From an uncultured Bacteroidales bacterium (GTDB lineage Bacteria; Bacteroidota; Bacteroidia; Bacteroidales; Bacteroidaceae), in assembly GCA_902799655.1 (NCBI GenBank), contig CADCBH010000009.1, positions 3,619 through 67,618 on the forward strand: a stretch of DNA of 64,000 bases, read 5' to 3'. Below are positions 19,227 through 30,960 of the stretch, in pieces; positions within the stretch are counted from its first letter, which is position 1; each line of letters begins with the position of its first letter. Below the pieces are notes generated by a model. It was not told where the DNA came from. It saw only the letters and a program-made list of their open reading frames with translations, and ran no database searches. The position numbers and the translations under genes were made by a program.

Positions 19227-20288
19227 TTATTTACCCATATCTGCATGGATCTTATCCACGGAACCAGTTGTAGGATTCAGCGTCATATGCGTGACATAGC
19301 GTTTGAACAATGATCCACTACGCAGCTCGACGAAGCCAAACTGAGCGGCATAGAGGTCAAAGGACCCCAAGAAGTGGTTGTCACGGTGCAGCGTCATCTT
19401 GATACGGCCAGGCACGTTAACATAGAAACCACCCTCCTTCTTCTTCTCGTCTACCTCGTATTTCTGGAAGGTCGTACGGTGCATATCCTCTATACTCATA
19501 TAATAAGGTACACCCGAGAGGTCGTCCTTATCAACGAGACCGACCTTCTTCGAGAGACGGAAGATAACCTCACGTTCTACTTCCTTCTCCGGACAAACGA
19601 CAAGCACCTGCTCAACGGTATCGCGCGTCGTCGTTCCCGTGAAGAGTGTCAAGAGAATCTCGCGCTGTTTGTCAATCTCATCGATCATACGCTGCAGCTG
19701 CTGCTCGTCCTGCGGCATATCCTCTGCCTCACCAGTGATGAGCTGCTGTCGGTGCTCCTGCAGTTCGATAATCTGCTCAACAGTGAGCTCAGCCATCTTG
19801 GCCGTGCTACCGGCTGACAGCACCTCGGCATTGAGGTACTGACGCGGATCGGGCTGCTTAACGGGAGGAGCCGGTTTGAATGGCACGCGAGGTTTCATCT
19901 TCACGGGTTCAGCATTCACCGACTGTAGTACACCATCTTCAGTCAGATTGATCTCTGCATTCTCGCACTTTCCGCCCTTCAACTTGACGGCGAAACACTT
20001 AGAGGTGTCACGCAAACCAATCTGGGTCAGACCGTAGTTGGCGATGCTATAGGTCACTTCCTCTTCAAGTTTGATACCTCTCAGTCGCAGGTACTTCTCA
20101 CCATACTTGGCAAACTCGCCCGGGGTATACGTTTTCTTCTCAATGAGCAGGTTAAACTCAATGGCAGTCTTCGGAAGGTAATAGACAATACCGTCTGCGG
20201 TACGTCCTGCCTTCGTCGGCGTTGTCAGCTGCTGGGCCATTGCCACAGAACTACAGACAAGCATCGCTGCAAAAAGTAATTTTTTCAT
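19227..20288 (-). CDS. DUF4831-like exported protein
   Basis: Signal peptide; GIVYYLPKT, YTPGEFAKY motifs; adjacent to nnr as usual in Bacteroidales. Confidence 0.7.
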   Translation of the reverse strand: MKKLLFAAMLVCSSVAMAQQLTTPTKAGRTADGIVYYLPKTAIEFNLLIEKKTYTPGEFAKYGEKYLRLRGIKLEEEVTYSIANYGLTQIGLRDTSKCFAVKLKGGKCENAEINLTEDGVLQSVNAEPVKMKPRVPFKPAPPVKQPDPRQYLNAEVLSAGSTAKMAELTVEQIIELQEHRQQLITGEAEDMPQDEQQLQRMIDEIDKQREILLTLFTGTTTRDTVEQVLVVCPEKEVEREVIFRLSKKVGLVDKDDLSGVPYYMSIEDMHRTTFQKYEVDEKKKEGGFYVNVPGRIKMTLHRDNHFLGSFDLYAAQFGFVELRSGSLFKRYVTHMTLNPTTGSVDKIHADMGK

Positions 20289-20303
20289 ATATCTATTCTA
20301 TTT

Positions 20304-21818
20304 TTATTCTTTCAGTCTTTTAAATGCCCGCGGCAGATAGCGTATGATATCACCAGCCAACAGGCTCTCTTCACCCATATCAGCGGCAGCCAAATCACCA
20401 GCCAGTCCGTGGAGATAAACACCCACCATACAAGCCTCCTTGCGCTCATAGCCTCGAGCCAGCAGTCCAGTAATGATTCCCGTCAGTACGTCACCACTGC
20501 CTGCCGTGGCCATGCCAGCATTCCCTGTCGGGTTGAACATGATGTGGCCGTCGGGCATGCAGATAGCAGTATAGTGGCCCTTGACAATAACGATACCCTG
20601 TAGGCGCTCTGCCAGATTGCAAGCCTTCGTCAGACGGTCGTAGCTATCAACAGAATGTCCTTCCAAGCGGTCGAGCTCTTTGGGATGAGGCGTCAGGATA
20701 ACGCCCTTAGGCAACTGCTGCAACCAGGCACGACGGTTGGACAGGATATTCAGAGCGTCAGCATCGGCTACGATAGGACATTGTGCCCTACGCAGCTGCG
20801 AGATCAATGCAATAGCGGTCTGCTCACTCTGCCCCAGACCAGGTCCGATACCCATAGCATTGAACTCCTCGGTTTCTACCGATTCTGAGAAGATTGTCTC
20901 GTCGTTGCTCCTTTGGATGATGGCCTCGGGTACTGAGGTCTGAAGAATAGGCACGTTACGCTTAGGCGTGTTGACCGTAAGCTTACCCACTCCCGAGCGC
21001 AGACAGGCTCGTGCTGACAGGATAGCGGCTCCCGCCATGCCGTAGCTGCCCGCGATCAGCAGTGCATGACCCATTTCACCCTTATGGGCGAAAGGTTTGC
21101 GGGGCAGCATACATTGGCGGATGTCGTTCTCCTCCAAGACAGTATATGGAGCCTCTATCTTCCGAATACCTTCCTGACTGAGCCTGATGTCGAGCACGCG
21201 CAACTGTCCAATAAACTCCTGATTCTCTGCAAAGAAGAATGAAAGTTTGGGCTGCTGCAACGTGAGCGTCATATAGGCACGGATGATATTGGCGCGAACG
21301 TTATACGTATTGTCTTCGGCCATCAATCCTGACGGTAGGTCGATACTGACCACCTTCGAGGGCGAGGCATTGATATATTTCACCAGCGAGGCAAAACCGC
21401 CTGCCAGCGGTTTGTTCAGACCCGAACCAAAGAGGCCGTCAATAACCAGTGTATTGGCATCCAACTGTGGTGGGTCAAACTCCTGAGTGACCTCTACAAA
21501 CTGCTGGATGCGCTTATTCTCCTGCAGCAATCTCTTGTTGGCAGCACACTCCCCAGAGAGAGAGCCACTGATATTGAACAGGTAGGCAGAGACCTGATAG
21601 CCCTGCTCAGCGAGCATACGAGCTATAGCCAGACCGTCACCGCCATTATTGCCCGGACCAGCGAACACCACGATAGGCGTTGCCGAGCCCCACAACTCAG
21701 TAATAGTGCGTACCATTGTCTGCGCGGCACGCTCCATCAGATTGAGACTCGAAATCGGTTCGTTCTCAATGGTGTATTTATCCAGCTCTTTTATCTGAGC
21801 ACTTGTAAATATCTTCAT
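20304..21818 (-). CDS. nnr: Bifunctional NAD(P)H-hydrate epimerase/dehydratase
   Basis: GPGNNGGDG, DLPSG, AHKG..GHALLIAGS, LTPHPKE, GMATAGSGDVL. Confidence 0.95.
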   Translation of the reverse strand: MKIFTSAQIKELDKYTIENEPISSLNLMERAAQTMVRTITELWGSATPIVVFAGPGNNGGDGLAIARMLAEQGYQVSAYLFNISGSLSGECAANKRLLQENKRIQQFVEVTQEFDPPQLDANTLVIDGLFGSGLNKPLAGGFASLVKYINASPSKVVSIDLPSGLMAEDNTYNVRANIIRAYMTLTLQQPKLSFFFAENQEFIGQLRVLDIRLSQEGIRKIEAPYTVLEENDIRQCMLPRKPFAHKGEMGHALLIAGSYGMAGAAILSARACLRSGVGKLTVNTPKRNVPILQTSVPEAIIQRSNDETIFSESVETEEFNAMGIGPGLGQSEQTAIALISQLRRAQCPIVADADALNILSNRRAWLQQLPKGVILTPHPKELDRLEGHSVDSYDRLTKACNLAERLQGIVIVKGHYTAICMPDGHIMFNPTGNAGMATAGSGDVLTGIITGLLARGYERKEACMVGVYLHGLAGDLAAADMGEESLLAGDIIRYLPRAFKRLKE

Positions 21819-21910
21819 TTACGCATGCAAAAATACAAAAAATATACTAATCATGCCCATACTTTGCAAAAAAAATTGTAATTTTGTACCAAAATTCATT
21901 ATTTTCACTC

Positions 21911-22447
21911 ATGAGCACAGTTAAAATCAAGGACAAGACGTTCAAAACGTTCATCTCCGAACAAGAAATTAAAGACAGGATTAAAGAGGTGGCTACACGC
22001 ATCAACAAGGACATGGAGGGCAAGAACCCGCTGTTTCTCGCCGTGCTGAACGGTGCCTTTATGTTTGCCGCCGACCTGATGCGCGAGATTACCATTCCTT
22101 GCGAAATCTCATTTGTCAAACTATCATCCTATCAGGGCGTCCTCTCCACTGGCAATGTCCACGAGATTCTGGGTATCAACGAGGACTTGAACGGCCGTAG
22201 CGTTATCATCGTCGAAGACATTATCGATACGGGTCTTACGATGAAGCAGATGATGCGTACACTGAGCACGCGCACACCAGCCTCGATAGATCTTTGTGCA
22301 CTCTTCGTCAAGCCCGACAACATGCAAGAGCAACTCGACATCAAGTACCCATGTTTCTCGATTCCCAACGATTTCATTGTGGGCTATGGCCTTGACTACG
22401 ACCAGCAGGGTCGCAACCTGCCCGAGATTTACTCACTTGTAAAATAA
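21911..22447 (+). CDS. hpt: Hypoxanthine phosphoribosyltransferase
   Basis: VLNGAFMF, IIVEDIIDTGLT, FIVGYGLDY; ATG 21911. Confidence 0.95.
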   Translation: MSTVKIKDKTFKTFISEQEIKDRIKEVATRINKDMEGKNPLFLAVLNGAFMFAADLMREITIPCEISFVKLSSYQGVLSTGNVHEILGINEDLNGRSVIIVEDIIDTGLTMKQMMRTLSTRTPASIDLCALFVKPDNMQEQLDIKYPCFSIPNDFIVGYGLDYDQQGRNLPEIYSLVK

Positions 22448-22579
22448 TACATGCGACAAATCAAGCTTCCCCACATGCCCAGCGATGTCGAGGCGCGTAA
22501 GAGCGACTTGATGACAGACTTATGGTATAAAGGTAAAGAGACAAAGATTAAACAGGACAAACAAAACATTATAATCAGG

Positions 22580-23152
22580 ATGAAGAATATTGTTATTTTC
22601 GGCGCTCCAGGCTCAGGTAAAGGCACACAGAGCGACCTCATTATCGAGAACTACGGTTTGGAACACATCTCTACAGGTGATGTGCTCCGCAACGAGATTA
22701 AGAAAGGTACCGAACTGGGCAAGACCGCCCAAGGATTCATAGACAAGGGCCAACTCATTCCCGATGACTTGATGGTATCTATTCTAGCCAACGTCTATGA
22801 CTCATTCGGAAGAAGCCACAAAGGCGTTATCTTCGACGGTTTTCCACGCACCATACCACAGGCAGAGGCCCTGAAGCAGATGCTTGACGAACGTGGCGAC
22901 AAGATCGCAGCCATGATTGAACTCGACGTCCCCGAGGACGAGTTGATGACACGCCTCATCAAGCGCGGTAAGGATAGTGGACGTGCTGACGATAACGAAG
23001 AGACCATCAAGAAACGCCTCGTCGTGTACCACACACAGACCCAGCCGCTCATCGAGTGGTATAAAAAGGAAGGTCTCCACCACCATATCAACGGCCTTGG
23101 TACGCTAGAGCGTATCTTTGCCGACATCAAAAATGTGATTGACAATCTGTAA
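22580..23152 (+). CDS. adk: Adenylate kinase
   Basis: [37 protein letters not shown]; ATG 22580. Confidence 0.96.
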   Translation: MKNIVIFGAPGSGKGTQSDLIIENYGLEHISTGDVLRNEIKKGTELGKTAQGFIDKGQLIPDDLMVSILANVYDSFGRSHKGVIFDGFPRTIPQAEALKQMLDERGDKIAAMIELDVPEDELMTRLIKRGKDSGRADDNEETIKKRLVVYHTQTQPLIEWYKKEGLHHHINGLGTLERIFADIKNVIDNL

Positions 23153-24324
23153 TGGAAAGTAACTTCGTAGACTACGTCAAAATATACTGTCGCTCAGGCA
23201 AGGGCGGCCGAGGGTCGATGCACCTGCGCCACGTGAAATACAACCCCAACGGCGGTCCCGACGGGGGCGACGGTGGCAAGGGCGGCAGCATCATTCTGCG
23301 CGGTAATCACAACTACTGGACGCTGCTACACCTGAAATACGAGCGCCATATCTTTGCCGAGCATGGAGGCAACGGTGGTCGCGACAAATGTCACGGCACC
23401 GACGGCAAGGATGTGTACATCGACGTACCCTGCGGTACAGTGGTCTACGATGCTGAGACGGGCAAATACGTCTGCGATATAACCTACGACGGCCAGGAGA
23501 TAGTACTCCTCAAGGGTGGTCGCGGTGGATTAGGTAACTACCAGTTCCGTACTGCCACCAACCAGGCGCCACGCTATGCACAGCCCGGCGAACCCATGCA
23601 GGAGATGACTATCATCCTTGAACTGAAGTTGCTGGCTGATGTCGGTCTGGTAGGTTTCCCCAATGCAGGCAAGTCCACATTGCTGGCGTCGCTCAGCAAT
23701 GCCCGCCCCAAGATTGCTAACTACCCCTTTACCACGATGGAGCCCTCACTGGGCATCGTGGGCTACCACGACAACCAGTCGTTTGTCATGGCAGACATTC
23801 CTGGCATCATTGAAGGAGCCGCTGAAGGCAAGGGCCTTGGCCTGCGCTTCCTGCGCCACATTGAGCGCAACTCACTGCTACTCTTTATGGTACCTGGCGA
23901 TACCGACGACATCAAGCATGAATACGAGGTCCTACTCGACGAGTTGCGCCGTTTTAATCCCGATATGCTCGACAAGCACCGCGTGCTAGCCATCACCAAG
24001 TGCGACCTGCTCGACGATGAACTCATCGAGATGTTGCGTGAGACGCTACCGCAGGACTTGCCATGTGTCTTCATATCGGCAGTGGCCAACAAGGGACTTA
24101 GCGAACTGAAGGACGTACTATGGCGCGAACTCAATGCCGAGAGTAACAAGTTAGCTGCTGTGATGGCTGAAGACACATTGGTACACCGTGACAAGGATAT
24201 GACGCGCTTTGCCGAGGAGCTGGCCGACGAGGGTGAGGACGAGGACATCGAGTATATTGATGATGACGAGATAGAGGATATCGAAGACTATGACGACTTT
24301 GAATACGAGGAGGACGAGCCATGA
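23152..24324 (+). CDS. obgE: GTPase ObgE
   Basis: [31 protein letters not shown]; acidic tail. Confidence 0.97.
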   Translation: MESNFVDYVKIYCRSGKGGRGSMHLRHVKYNPNGGPDGGDGGKGGSIILRGNHNYWTLLHLKYERHIFAEHGGNGGRDKCHGTDGKDVYIDVPCGTVVYDAETGKYVCDITYDGQEIVLLKGGRGGLGNYQFRTATNQAPRYAQPGEPMQEMTIILELKLLADVGLVGFPNAGKSTLLASLSNARPKIANYPFTTMEPSLGIVGYHDNQSFVMADIPGIIEGAAEGKGLGLRFLRHIERNSLLLFMVPGDTDDIKHEYEVLLDELRRFNPDMLDKHRVLAITKCDLLDDELIEMLRETLPQDLPCVFISAVANKGLSELKDVLWRELNAESNKLAAVMAEDTLVHRDKDMTRFAEELADEGEDEDIEYIDDDEIEDIEDYDDFEYEEDEP

Positions 24325-25373
24325 AGAAGATACGTCATCTGTTGCTTGCCATCACTGCCATGGTAGCCATTACCTCATGTGCACAGTCACAGTTCTCCGA
24401 CCTTGAAAAGCAGCAAGTGAGTATCGAGGAGCCCGGACTCTTCGAAAAGTCAGACGCTTTTACTGTTGACTTTAGTTCAGGACGCGACAAGGACTACTGT
24501 TTCCCGCTGCCTGTCGGCAAGGCACGCATGATGTCTGATTACACCGTAGAGATTGAGACCCAACGTGGCGATGCCGTTAAGTCGATGTTCGCCGGTGTTG
24601 TCCGTCTATCACGCTATAGTGCCACGCTCGGTCACGTTATCGTCGTACGTCACGGCAATGGCCTCGAAACCGTTTACAGCAACAATGCCGAAAATCTGGT
24701 AAAGTCGGGCGACCGCGTCAAGGCGGGACAGACCATTGCCATCGTAGGCACCGAGAAAGGTCGTACCTTCTGTCGCTTCTCTATCATGGTCAACGGTAGC
24801 CGCATCAACCCCTCCATCATCGTCAGCCTCGAGAGTCACCGTTTGCGTCCGCAAGTCGTACTCTTCCAAAGAACTGCAAACTGGAAGGTCAATGTCAGTG
24901 TACTGAAAGAACCGATGGTAGAAGAGCCTGTCAACAGGGTATGGTGGTGTTATCCACTGCCTGGCGCCAAGGTCATCAGTCCCTACGGCAATCGTGGAGG
25001 TCGCCGCCATTCCGGTGTAGACCTCAAGACCGTTAACCGTGACAACATTCTCGCTGCTTTCGATGGAGAAGTGGTCTTCTCAGGACCTTTCTCTGGTTAC
25101 GGCAATCTGGTGCGCATCCGCCACGACAACGGCCTCGAAACCTATTACAGCCACAACTCCAAAAATCTTGTCAAGGTAGGCGATCAGGTTAAGGCCGGCG
25201 ACGTCATCGCTCTGACTGGACAAACGGGTCGCGCCTCTACGCCCCACCTTCATTTCGAGACACGCATCAACGGTCAGGCCGTTAATCCCAATATCTATTT
25301 CGATCACGAGACGCATACCCTCCGCCTCGAGGCCTTTAGTAAGAAGCGCGACGGCTACGTCATCAAGCGATAG
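24321..25373 (+). CDS. Lipoprotein with two M23 peptidase domains
   Basis: Lipobox ITSC; two RHxNGLETxY repeats; second domain has HSGVD and HLHFE. Confidence 0.85.
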   Translation: MKKIRHLLLAITAMVAITSCAQSQFSDLEKQQVSIEEPGLFEKSDAFTVDFSSGRDKDYCFPLPVGKARMMSDYTVEIETQRGDAVKSMFAGVVRLSRYSATLGHVIVVRHGNGLETVYSNNAENLVKSGDRVKAGQTIAIVGTEKGRTFCRFSIMVNGSRINPSIIVSLESHRLRPQVVLFQRTANWKVNVSVLKEPMVEEPVNRVWWCYPLPGAKVISPYGNRGGRRHSGVDLKTVNRDNILAAFDGEVVFSGPFSGYGNLVRIRHDNGLETYYSHNSKNLVKVGDQVKAGDVIALTGQTGRASTPHLHFETRINGQAVNPNIYFDHETHTLRLEAFSKKRDGYVIKR

Positions 25374-25418
25374 ACCATATCCTGCAAATTCTTATAACAG
25401 CATAATAAAACAACAACT

Positions 25419-25985
25419 ATGCAGACAAGATTTACAAAAAACGCTAAGATTTTCGACATCGGCATTACTGCTGTGGCGGGAATGGTCTCAATAGGCATCA
25501 TGCTCTACGGCGTGGGCCACTTTGGATTGAAAGAAGCTTGGCCCGAACTAGTGCTCAACCTGTTCTATGTGGCCTGTCTGGTTATGATTTGGATGTATTT
25601 TTTCAACTACCGCATCACTACACAGCAATTTAACTATTGGTGTTCAATCTCGGTGGGCGTGACAGTATTGCTGCGCGACATTCTCTTCCCACCCCCTTTG
25701 GCATTTTATGCACTCCATCTGATATGTCTGGCACTCTCGGTGCTGTTGCTCTGTATGCTCACCTATTTCTATGCACGAAAGGACTGGCAGAGCTATACCA
25801 AACGCAACTTATGGGCCATCTGCATCATTGACATACTCATTGCATCACTTTATAACTACGATATCTTTATCGAGCCTTACGACGAATACACCAACTATAT
25901 GCTCACAGAGATATGGATACGTCCAACCATCACCTACGGTCTTGTGGCATGTTTCGTGACGGAAGCGAAAGAGCAAAATGAATAA
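25419..25985 (+). CDS. Hypothetical multi-pass membrane protein
   Basis: 188-aa ORF with about 5-6 hydrophobic segments; no recognisable motif. Confidence 0.7.
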   Translation: MQTRFTKNAKIFDIGITAVAGMVSIGIMLYGVGHFGLKEAWPELVLNLFYVACLVMIWMYFFNYRITTQQFNYWCSISVGVTVLLRDILFPPPLAFYALHLICLALSVLLLCMLTYFYARKDWQSYTKRNLWAICIIDILIASLYNYDIFIEPYDEYTNYMLTEIWIRPTITYGLVACFVTEAKEQNE

Positions 25986-26013
25986 AAAACAAACTTAGAA
26001 AAACAATATAATA

Positions 26014-26490
26014 ATGAAAAAAATGATTCAATGGGTGCTGGCCGCCACCATAATCTGCGGAACTACGACAATTGTCTCGAGCTGTAAAGAAACAAAAGCT
26101 CCAGAAGAAAAGAACGAAGCCGCAAAAACTGTCAAGAGTGAAGAACTTATTCGCACCTCGCAGAGTTGGGACGGCGTGGAACTGCCAGACTACCTGCAAG
26201 GCCGCCCTGAACTGGTGGCTGTGAAGTATGAGTTCCCCGCTGGACAGAAGCTAGGCTGGCACCACCATCCCGTCATGAACTACGGCATCCTAGTACAGGG
26301 TGAGCTGACCATCATTGGACAGGACGGCAAAGAGAAAGTTGTACATGAGGGCGAACCTGTCGTCGAGATGGTAAACACCATCCACCACGGTGAGAACAGA
26401 GGAACAAAACCCGTCATTCTCTACATGTTCTACCTCTCACAGAAAGACTCGCTTTTGGCCGTTCAGCACCCGGAAATTCCGCTGGAATAG
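26014..26490 (+). CDS. Cupin-domain lipoprotein
   Basis: Lipobox VSSC; LGWHHHP and EMVNTIHHGEN cupin motifs. Confidence 0.8.
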   Translation: MKKMIQWVLAATIICGTTTIVSSCKETKAPEEKNEAAKTVKSEELIRTSQSWDGVELPDYLQGRPELVAVKYEFPAGQKLGWHHHPVMNYGILVQGELTIIGQDGKEKVVHEGEPVVEMVNTIHHGENRGTKPVILYMFYLSQKDSLLAVQHPEIPLE

Positions 26491-26501
26491 CGTTTTATAT
26501 G

Positions 26502-26540
26502 AAATAGCGCCCTGCGAAGATGAATCGCAGGGCGCTATTT
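26502..26540. terminator. Bidirectional terminator
   Basis: AAATAGCGCCCTGCGA-AGATGAA-TCGCAGGGCGCTATTT. Confidence 0.88.
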
Positions 26541-26556
26541 TATATCATAGATATAA

Positions 26557-27483
26557 TTAGTTGTATTTGAGAATCTGACCAGGCTTCAGGCGTGATGACT
26601 TCTTCAGGTGGTTGAGCTTCATAATGGCATCCACCGTAGTACCGCGCTTACGAGCGATGGAATAAAGGCTCTCACCCTTACGTACCTTATGGAAGCGCGA
26701 TGCACGGGCATAACGGACAACAGGGGCCGCACTAGCCATCTCCATCTCCTCGTTGCCACCCAGGTCGTTTCCAACACCACGCAGGCGATTGGCGAGGAGA
26801 CCTTCCTGCTGATAAGTATCCTTGCGGAACATATAGTAGTCATCAACGACATCCTGATTACGGAAGTCGAACATCAGAGCAGGGTTGAGGGCCACACCAC
26901 AGAGGCGTGTCTCGAAGTGCAGGTGTGAACCTGTGCTGCGACCGGTATTACCGCCCAAGCCGATAGGCTCGCCAGCGCGTACCTCCTGATCTTCCTCGAC
27001 CAGCTGCTCCGACATGTGACCATAGATGGTCTCCAGACCGTTGTAGTGGCGGATCACGACATACTTGCCATAGCCACGACGCTCGTAACGCACAATACGC
27101 ACCTTACCACTAAATGCAGCACGGATGGTGTCACCGGTATAGACCTTGATGTCGAGACCTTTATGCTGACGTCCCCAGCGGGCACCAAAGTTGCTGGTGA
27201 GCACGCGGCTATCAGTAGGCATGCAAAAGCCTTTCAGCGAGATACGGAACGAATCAGGCAGCGCAGTCTCCTGATGCGCATAGCGATTGCTCCAGTCCTC
27301 GTAGAGGTCATCGGCAGGTGAATCATAATTCTCGGTAAATATCAGTCGCTGAAGCGCTACGCTGTCGACTGCTTTCATCTTGCGATCAATGGGTGCTTGG
27401 CGAGCCAACAGATCTTGTCCCATAGTCGGGAGAGAACATATTGATGCTATGGCCAACATTGCAATTTGCTTCAATTTCTGCAT
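26557..27483 (-). CDS. M23 peptidase with C-terminal LysM
   Basis: HKGLD, HLHFE, HKVRKGESLYSIARK LysM. Confidence 0.9.
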   Translation of the reverse strand: MQKLKQIAMLAIASICSLPTMGQDLLARQAPIDRKMKAVDSVALQRLIFTENYDSPADDLYEDWSNRYAHQETALPDSFRISLKGFCMPTDSRVLTSNFGARWGRQHKGLDIKVYTGDTIRAAFSGKVRIVRYERRGYGKYVVIRHYNGLETIYGHMSEQLVEEDQEVRAGEPIGLGGNTGRSTGSHLHFETRLCGVALNPALMFDFRNQDVVDDYYMFRKDTYQQEGLLANRLRGVGNDLGGNEEMEMASAAPVVRYARASRFHKVRKGESLYSIARKRGTTVDAIMKLNHLKKSSRLKPGQILKYN

Positions 27484-27627
27484 TACAGTTCTTTTAGTTC
27501 TTATTGATTTTCAACCTTATACAGGAATAATACGCCGCAAAGGTAATGCTTTTTATTTAATATTGTATTTTTTACGCATATTGTTTAAGTTTATTTTGTG
27601 TGTTTTAACACTTTTAACTTAATTAAC

Positions 27628-29730
27628 TTAAGAAATGACGCCCCAATTGATATTTGACTTGCGAAGTTCGCGCAAACGCGTCCAAAGCAGTGCATAACGG
27701 TTAGATACACATTCGGGGTCATCGTCGATGATGAGCTGAGCCTCATCACGGGCCAACTGTACGAGTTGGCCGTCACGTGCAATATCAGCAATCCTCAAGT
27801 CGAAAGCCATACCACTCTGCTGAGTGCCTTCAAGGTCGCCTGGACCCCGCAGCTTCAGGTCGGCTTCAGCAATTCGGAAGCCGTCATTAGTCTCGCACAT
27901 GATGTCGAGGCGCTTGCGTGTATCATCAGCGAGTTTATGGTTGGTAACAAGAATGCAATAGCTCTGGTCGGCACCACGACCGACGCGTCCGCGAAGCTGG
28001 TGAAGCTGGGAAAGTCCGAATCGTTGGGCTTCGAGAATGACCATGACAGAAGCGTTAGGTACGTTGACGCCAACCTCGATAACAGTAGTAGCAACGAGTA
28101 TCTGCGTCTCGCCGCTGACAAAACGTTGCATCTCAGCCTCCTTGTCCGCGGGTTTCATCCTGCCGTGAATCTTACTCATACGGAACTCGGGGAACACCTG
28201 TCTCAGCACTTCATAGCCATCCTCCAGATTCTTGAGGTCTATCTTCTCGCTCTCCTCGATGAGCGGGAAGACGATATACACCTGTCGGCCCTGACGAATC
28301 TGATTGCGAATGCTCTCATAAAGTGACGGAAGCGAACGATCGAAGACATGCTGGGTGGCCACGGGTTTGCGGCCTGGCGGCAACTCATCGATGACACTGA
28401 CATCAAGGTCGCCATAGAGCGTCATCGCCAGTGTACGCGGGATGGGTGTGGCAGTCATCACAAGAACATGAGGCGGGTTGACACTCTTGCTCCACAACTT
28501 AGCACGCTGAGCCACACCGAAGCGGTGCTGTTCGTCGACGACGACCATGCCGAGGCGTCCGAACTTGACAGTATCTTCAATGACAGCATGAGTGCCAACA
28601 AGAATCTGCACGGTGCCGTCAAGCAGTCCGTCGAGAATCTCCTGACGACGCTTACCCTTGACAATACCCGTCAGCAATGCCACACGGATATCCATACCCT
28701 CCAGAAAATCCATAATGGTCTGCAGATGCTGCTCAGCCAGAATCTCGGTGGGTGCCATGATGCAGGCCTGGTAGCCATTGTCGAGGGCAATGAGCATCGA
28801 CATCAGGGCCACAAGGGTCTTGCCACTACCCACATCACCCTGTAACAAGCGGTTCATCTGTCGGCCGCTACCCATGTCCTTACGAATCTCGCGGATGACA
28901 CGTTTCTGGGCACCGGTAAGTTCAAAGGGCAGATTCTCTTTATAAAAGTCGTTGAAATAATCGCCCACCTTTGAGAAGACATAACCACGGTATTTACGAC
29001 GCTGGTCACTGGCATAGCGCAGAATATTGAGCTGCACGTAAAACAGTTCCTCGAACTTCAGACGCAAGCGGGCCTGTTCCAATTCCTTGGCATTCTGTGG
29101 ATAGTGTATCTTGCGCAAGGCATCGTCACGTGACACGAGGTGAAGCTTCTGGATAATGAAGTCAGGGAGCGTCTCGGCAAACGGGGTTTTCAGCGTGTCG
29201 AGGAGGCTCTTAACCAAACGTTCGATAGCACGGCTGTTCATGCCTGCCTTCTTCATCTTCTCCGTGGTGTTATAGTAGGGTTGCATACCCATCGCCGCCA
29301 GTTCGAGTTTGTCGACAGGGTCAATATCGGGATGGGTAACGTTGATACGACCGTTGTACACATTGGGTTTTCCGAAGATGACATACTCCTTGCCCACGGC
29401 ATAGTTCTGCTTGGCATATTTCCCGCCATTGAACCATGTGAGGTCCATGACACGTCCGCTACTATCGGTGAAATGAGCCACCACGCGTTCCTTGCGAGCA
29501 CTCATCTTAAAAGTCTCAAAGCTAAGGATATGGCCCTTCACCTGCACAAACGGCATGTCGCCCGTCAACTCATGAATGGCATAGAGACGGCTGCGGTCAA
29601 CATGCTTATAGGGAAAATACTGTAATAGGTCGCCAAACGTAGTGATGCCCAGCTCTTCGCTGAGCATCTTACGTCTGTTGGGACCCACGCCCGCCAGATA
29701 TTGTATGTCTTGTTGCAGGATATCAGTCAT
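27628..29730 (-). CDS. recG: ATP-dependent DNA helicase RecG
   Basis: [40 protein letters not shown]. Confidence 0.97.
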   Translation of the reverse strand: MTDILQQDIQYLAGVGPNRRKMLSEELGITTFGDLLQYFPYKHVDRSRLYAIHELTGDMPFVQVKGHILSFETFKMSARKERVVAHFTDSSGRVMDLTWFNGGKYAKQNYAVGKEYVIFGKPNVYNGRINVTHPDIDPVDKLELAAMGMQPYYNTTEKMKKAGMNSRAIERLVKSLLDTLKTPFAETLPDFIIQKLHLVSRDDALRKIHYPQNAKELEQARLRLKFEELFYVQLNILRYASDQRRKYRGYVFSKVGDYFNDFYKENLPFELTGAQKRVIREIRKDMGSGRQMNRLLQGDVGSGKTLVALMSMLIALDNGYQACIMAPTEILAEQHLQTIMDFLEGMDIRVALLTGIVKGKRRQEILDGLLDGTVQILVGTHAVIEDTVKFGRLGMVVVDEQHRFGVAQRAKLWSKSVNPPHVLVMTATPIPRTLAMTLYGDLDVSVIDELPPGRKPVATQHVFDRSLPSLYESIRNQIRQGRQVYIVFPLIEESEKIDLKNLEDGYEVLRQVFPEFRMSKIHGRMKPADKEAEMQRFVSGETQILVATTVIEVGVNVPNASVMVILEAQRFGLSQLHQLRGRVGRGADQSYCILVTNHKLADDTRKRLDIMCETNDGFRIAEADLKLRGPGDLEGTQQSGMAFDLRIADIARDGQLVQLARDEAQLIIDDDPECVSNRYALLWTRLRELRKSNINWGVIS

Positions 29731-30394
29731 TTATCAGCACTTCAGCAATCTTCAGGTCGTAAGGTGTGGTAATTTTGATATTCTCGCGATTGCCATCGAC
29801 AAGAGTTACATCGACTCCGAAAGCCTCGACCACACTGGCATCGTCGGTGAAGCCATCGTTATAGGGCTGGCGGTTGGCAGCCTTCAATAATTGAATGTCG
29901 AAGCACTGCGGTGTTTGAACCAGACGGTAGTCATTGCGGGGGACTGTTTGGGAGGAGGAAGGAGAGATGTGACGCACCGTTTCCACGACAGGGATGACAG
30001 GGATGACAGCCTTTTTCTCACGAGCTATCGCATAGCAATTGCGAATCATCTCAACACTAGGAAAGGGGCGCACACCATCGTGGACACCAACAACACCCTG
30101 AGCATCGTCAGGGATAAGTACCAAACCATGCTGCACGGAATGGAAGCGTGTCTCGCCACCATCGGTCATCTGGTATTCCACTTGGAAGTCATACTCTTGG
30201 CAGAGCTGGCGCCAGTAGTCTTGCTGTGCTTGTGGCAATACGAGGATAATGTTAATGTCAGGCAGAGCCTTTTGGAAACGTTCAATCGTGCGCATCAGCA
30301 CAGGTTTTCCACCAATGGGTAAAAACTGCTTGGGGATATCGGTCCCCATGCGGAGGCCCTTGCCCCCTGCCACAATAATGATGTAGTCCATCAA
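29723..30394 (-). CDS. ispD: 2-C-methyl-D-erythritol 4-phosphate cytidylyltransferase
   Basis: [36 protein letters not shown]. Confidence 0.93.
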   Translation of the reverse strand: MMDYIIIVAGGKGLRMGTDIPKQFLPIGGKPVLMRTIERFQKALPDINIILVLPQAQQDYWRQLCQEYDFQVEYQMTDGGETRFHSVQHGLVLIPDDAQGVVGVHDGVRPFPSVEMIRNCYAIAREKKAVIPVIPVVETVRHISPSSSQTVPRNDYRLVQTPQCFDIQLLKAANRQPYNDGFTDDASVVEAFGVDVTLVDGNRENIKITTPYDLKIAEVLIND

Positions 30395-30960
30395 GCCATG
30401 AGGTGTTTAAAGCGCATGCCCTCGGCAATTTGATCAGCAGTCTGCTTGTCCTTCAGCTGAGCCAACAATTCGTAAGCGAATGGGAAAGCTGCGGCAGGCC
30501 CCTCACCTGTGGTGACATTGCCATCGACGGTGAAGAGATCTGCGGTATAAGTAGCACCATTCTCTGCCAATGCTTTGTCGAAGCCTGGATAGCAGGTTGC
30601 CTTCTTGCCCTCAAGGATACCAAGTGGAGCAAAGACGACTCCCGGTGAAGCACAGATGGCAGCCACCTTCTTACCTGCGGTAGCCTGATTAACGACGGCC
30701 TTGCAGACGCCCTTGTGTTCATACAGGTTGGTAGCACCGGGCATGCCGCCAGGGAGGAACAGAAGGTCGGCATCGGTGAAGTCGGCCTGTTCGAACATGA
30801 CATCGGCCTCGATATTCACGCCATGTGCCGACTGTACCAACGGGAAGTCAGTGATGCTTACCGTTACCACGTCTAAACCTCCGCGACGCCAGATATCAAC
30901 GGGGATGAGGGCCTCGACATCTTCGAAGCCGTCAGCTAAGAAAACATAAACCTTTTTCAT
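30391..30960 (-). CDS. DJ-1/PfpI (YajL-like) protein
   Basis: [21 protein letters not shown]. Confidence 0.9.
   Translation of the reverse strand: MKKVYVFLADGFEDVEALIPVDIWRRGGLDVVTVSITDFPLVQSAHGVNIEADVMFEQADFTDADLLFLPGGMPGATNLYEHKGVCKAVVNQATAGKKVAAICASPGVVFAPLGILEGKKATCYPGFDKALAENGATYTADLFTVDGNVTTGEGPAAAFPFAYELLAQLKDKQTADQIAEGMRFKHLMA

Noticed and set aside
22451-22579. 43-aa N-terminal extension of adk
   Set aside because: Family alignment begins at MKNIVIFG (22580); the open frame upstream is likely incidental.
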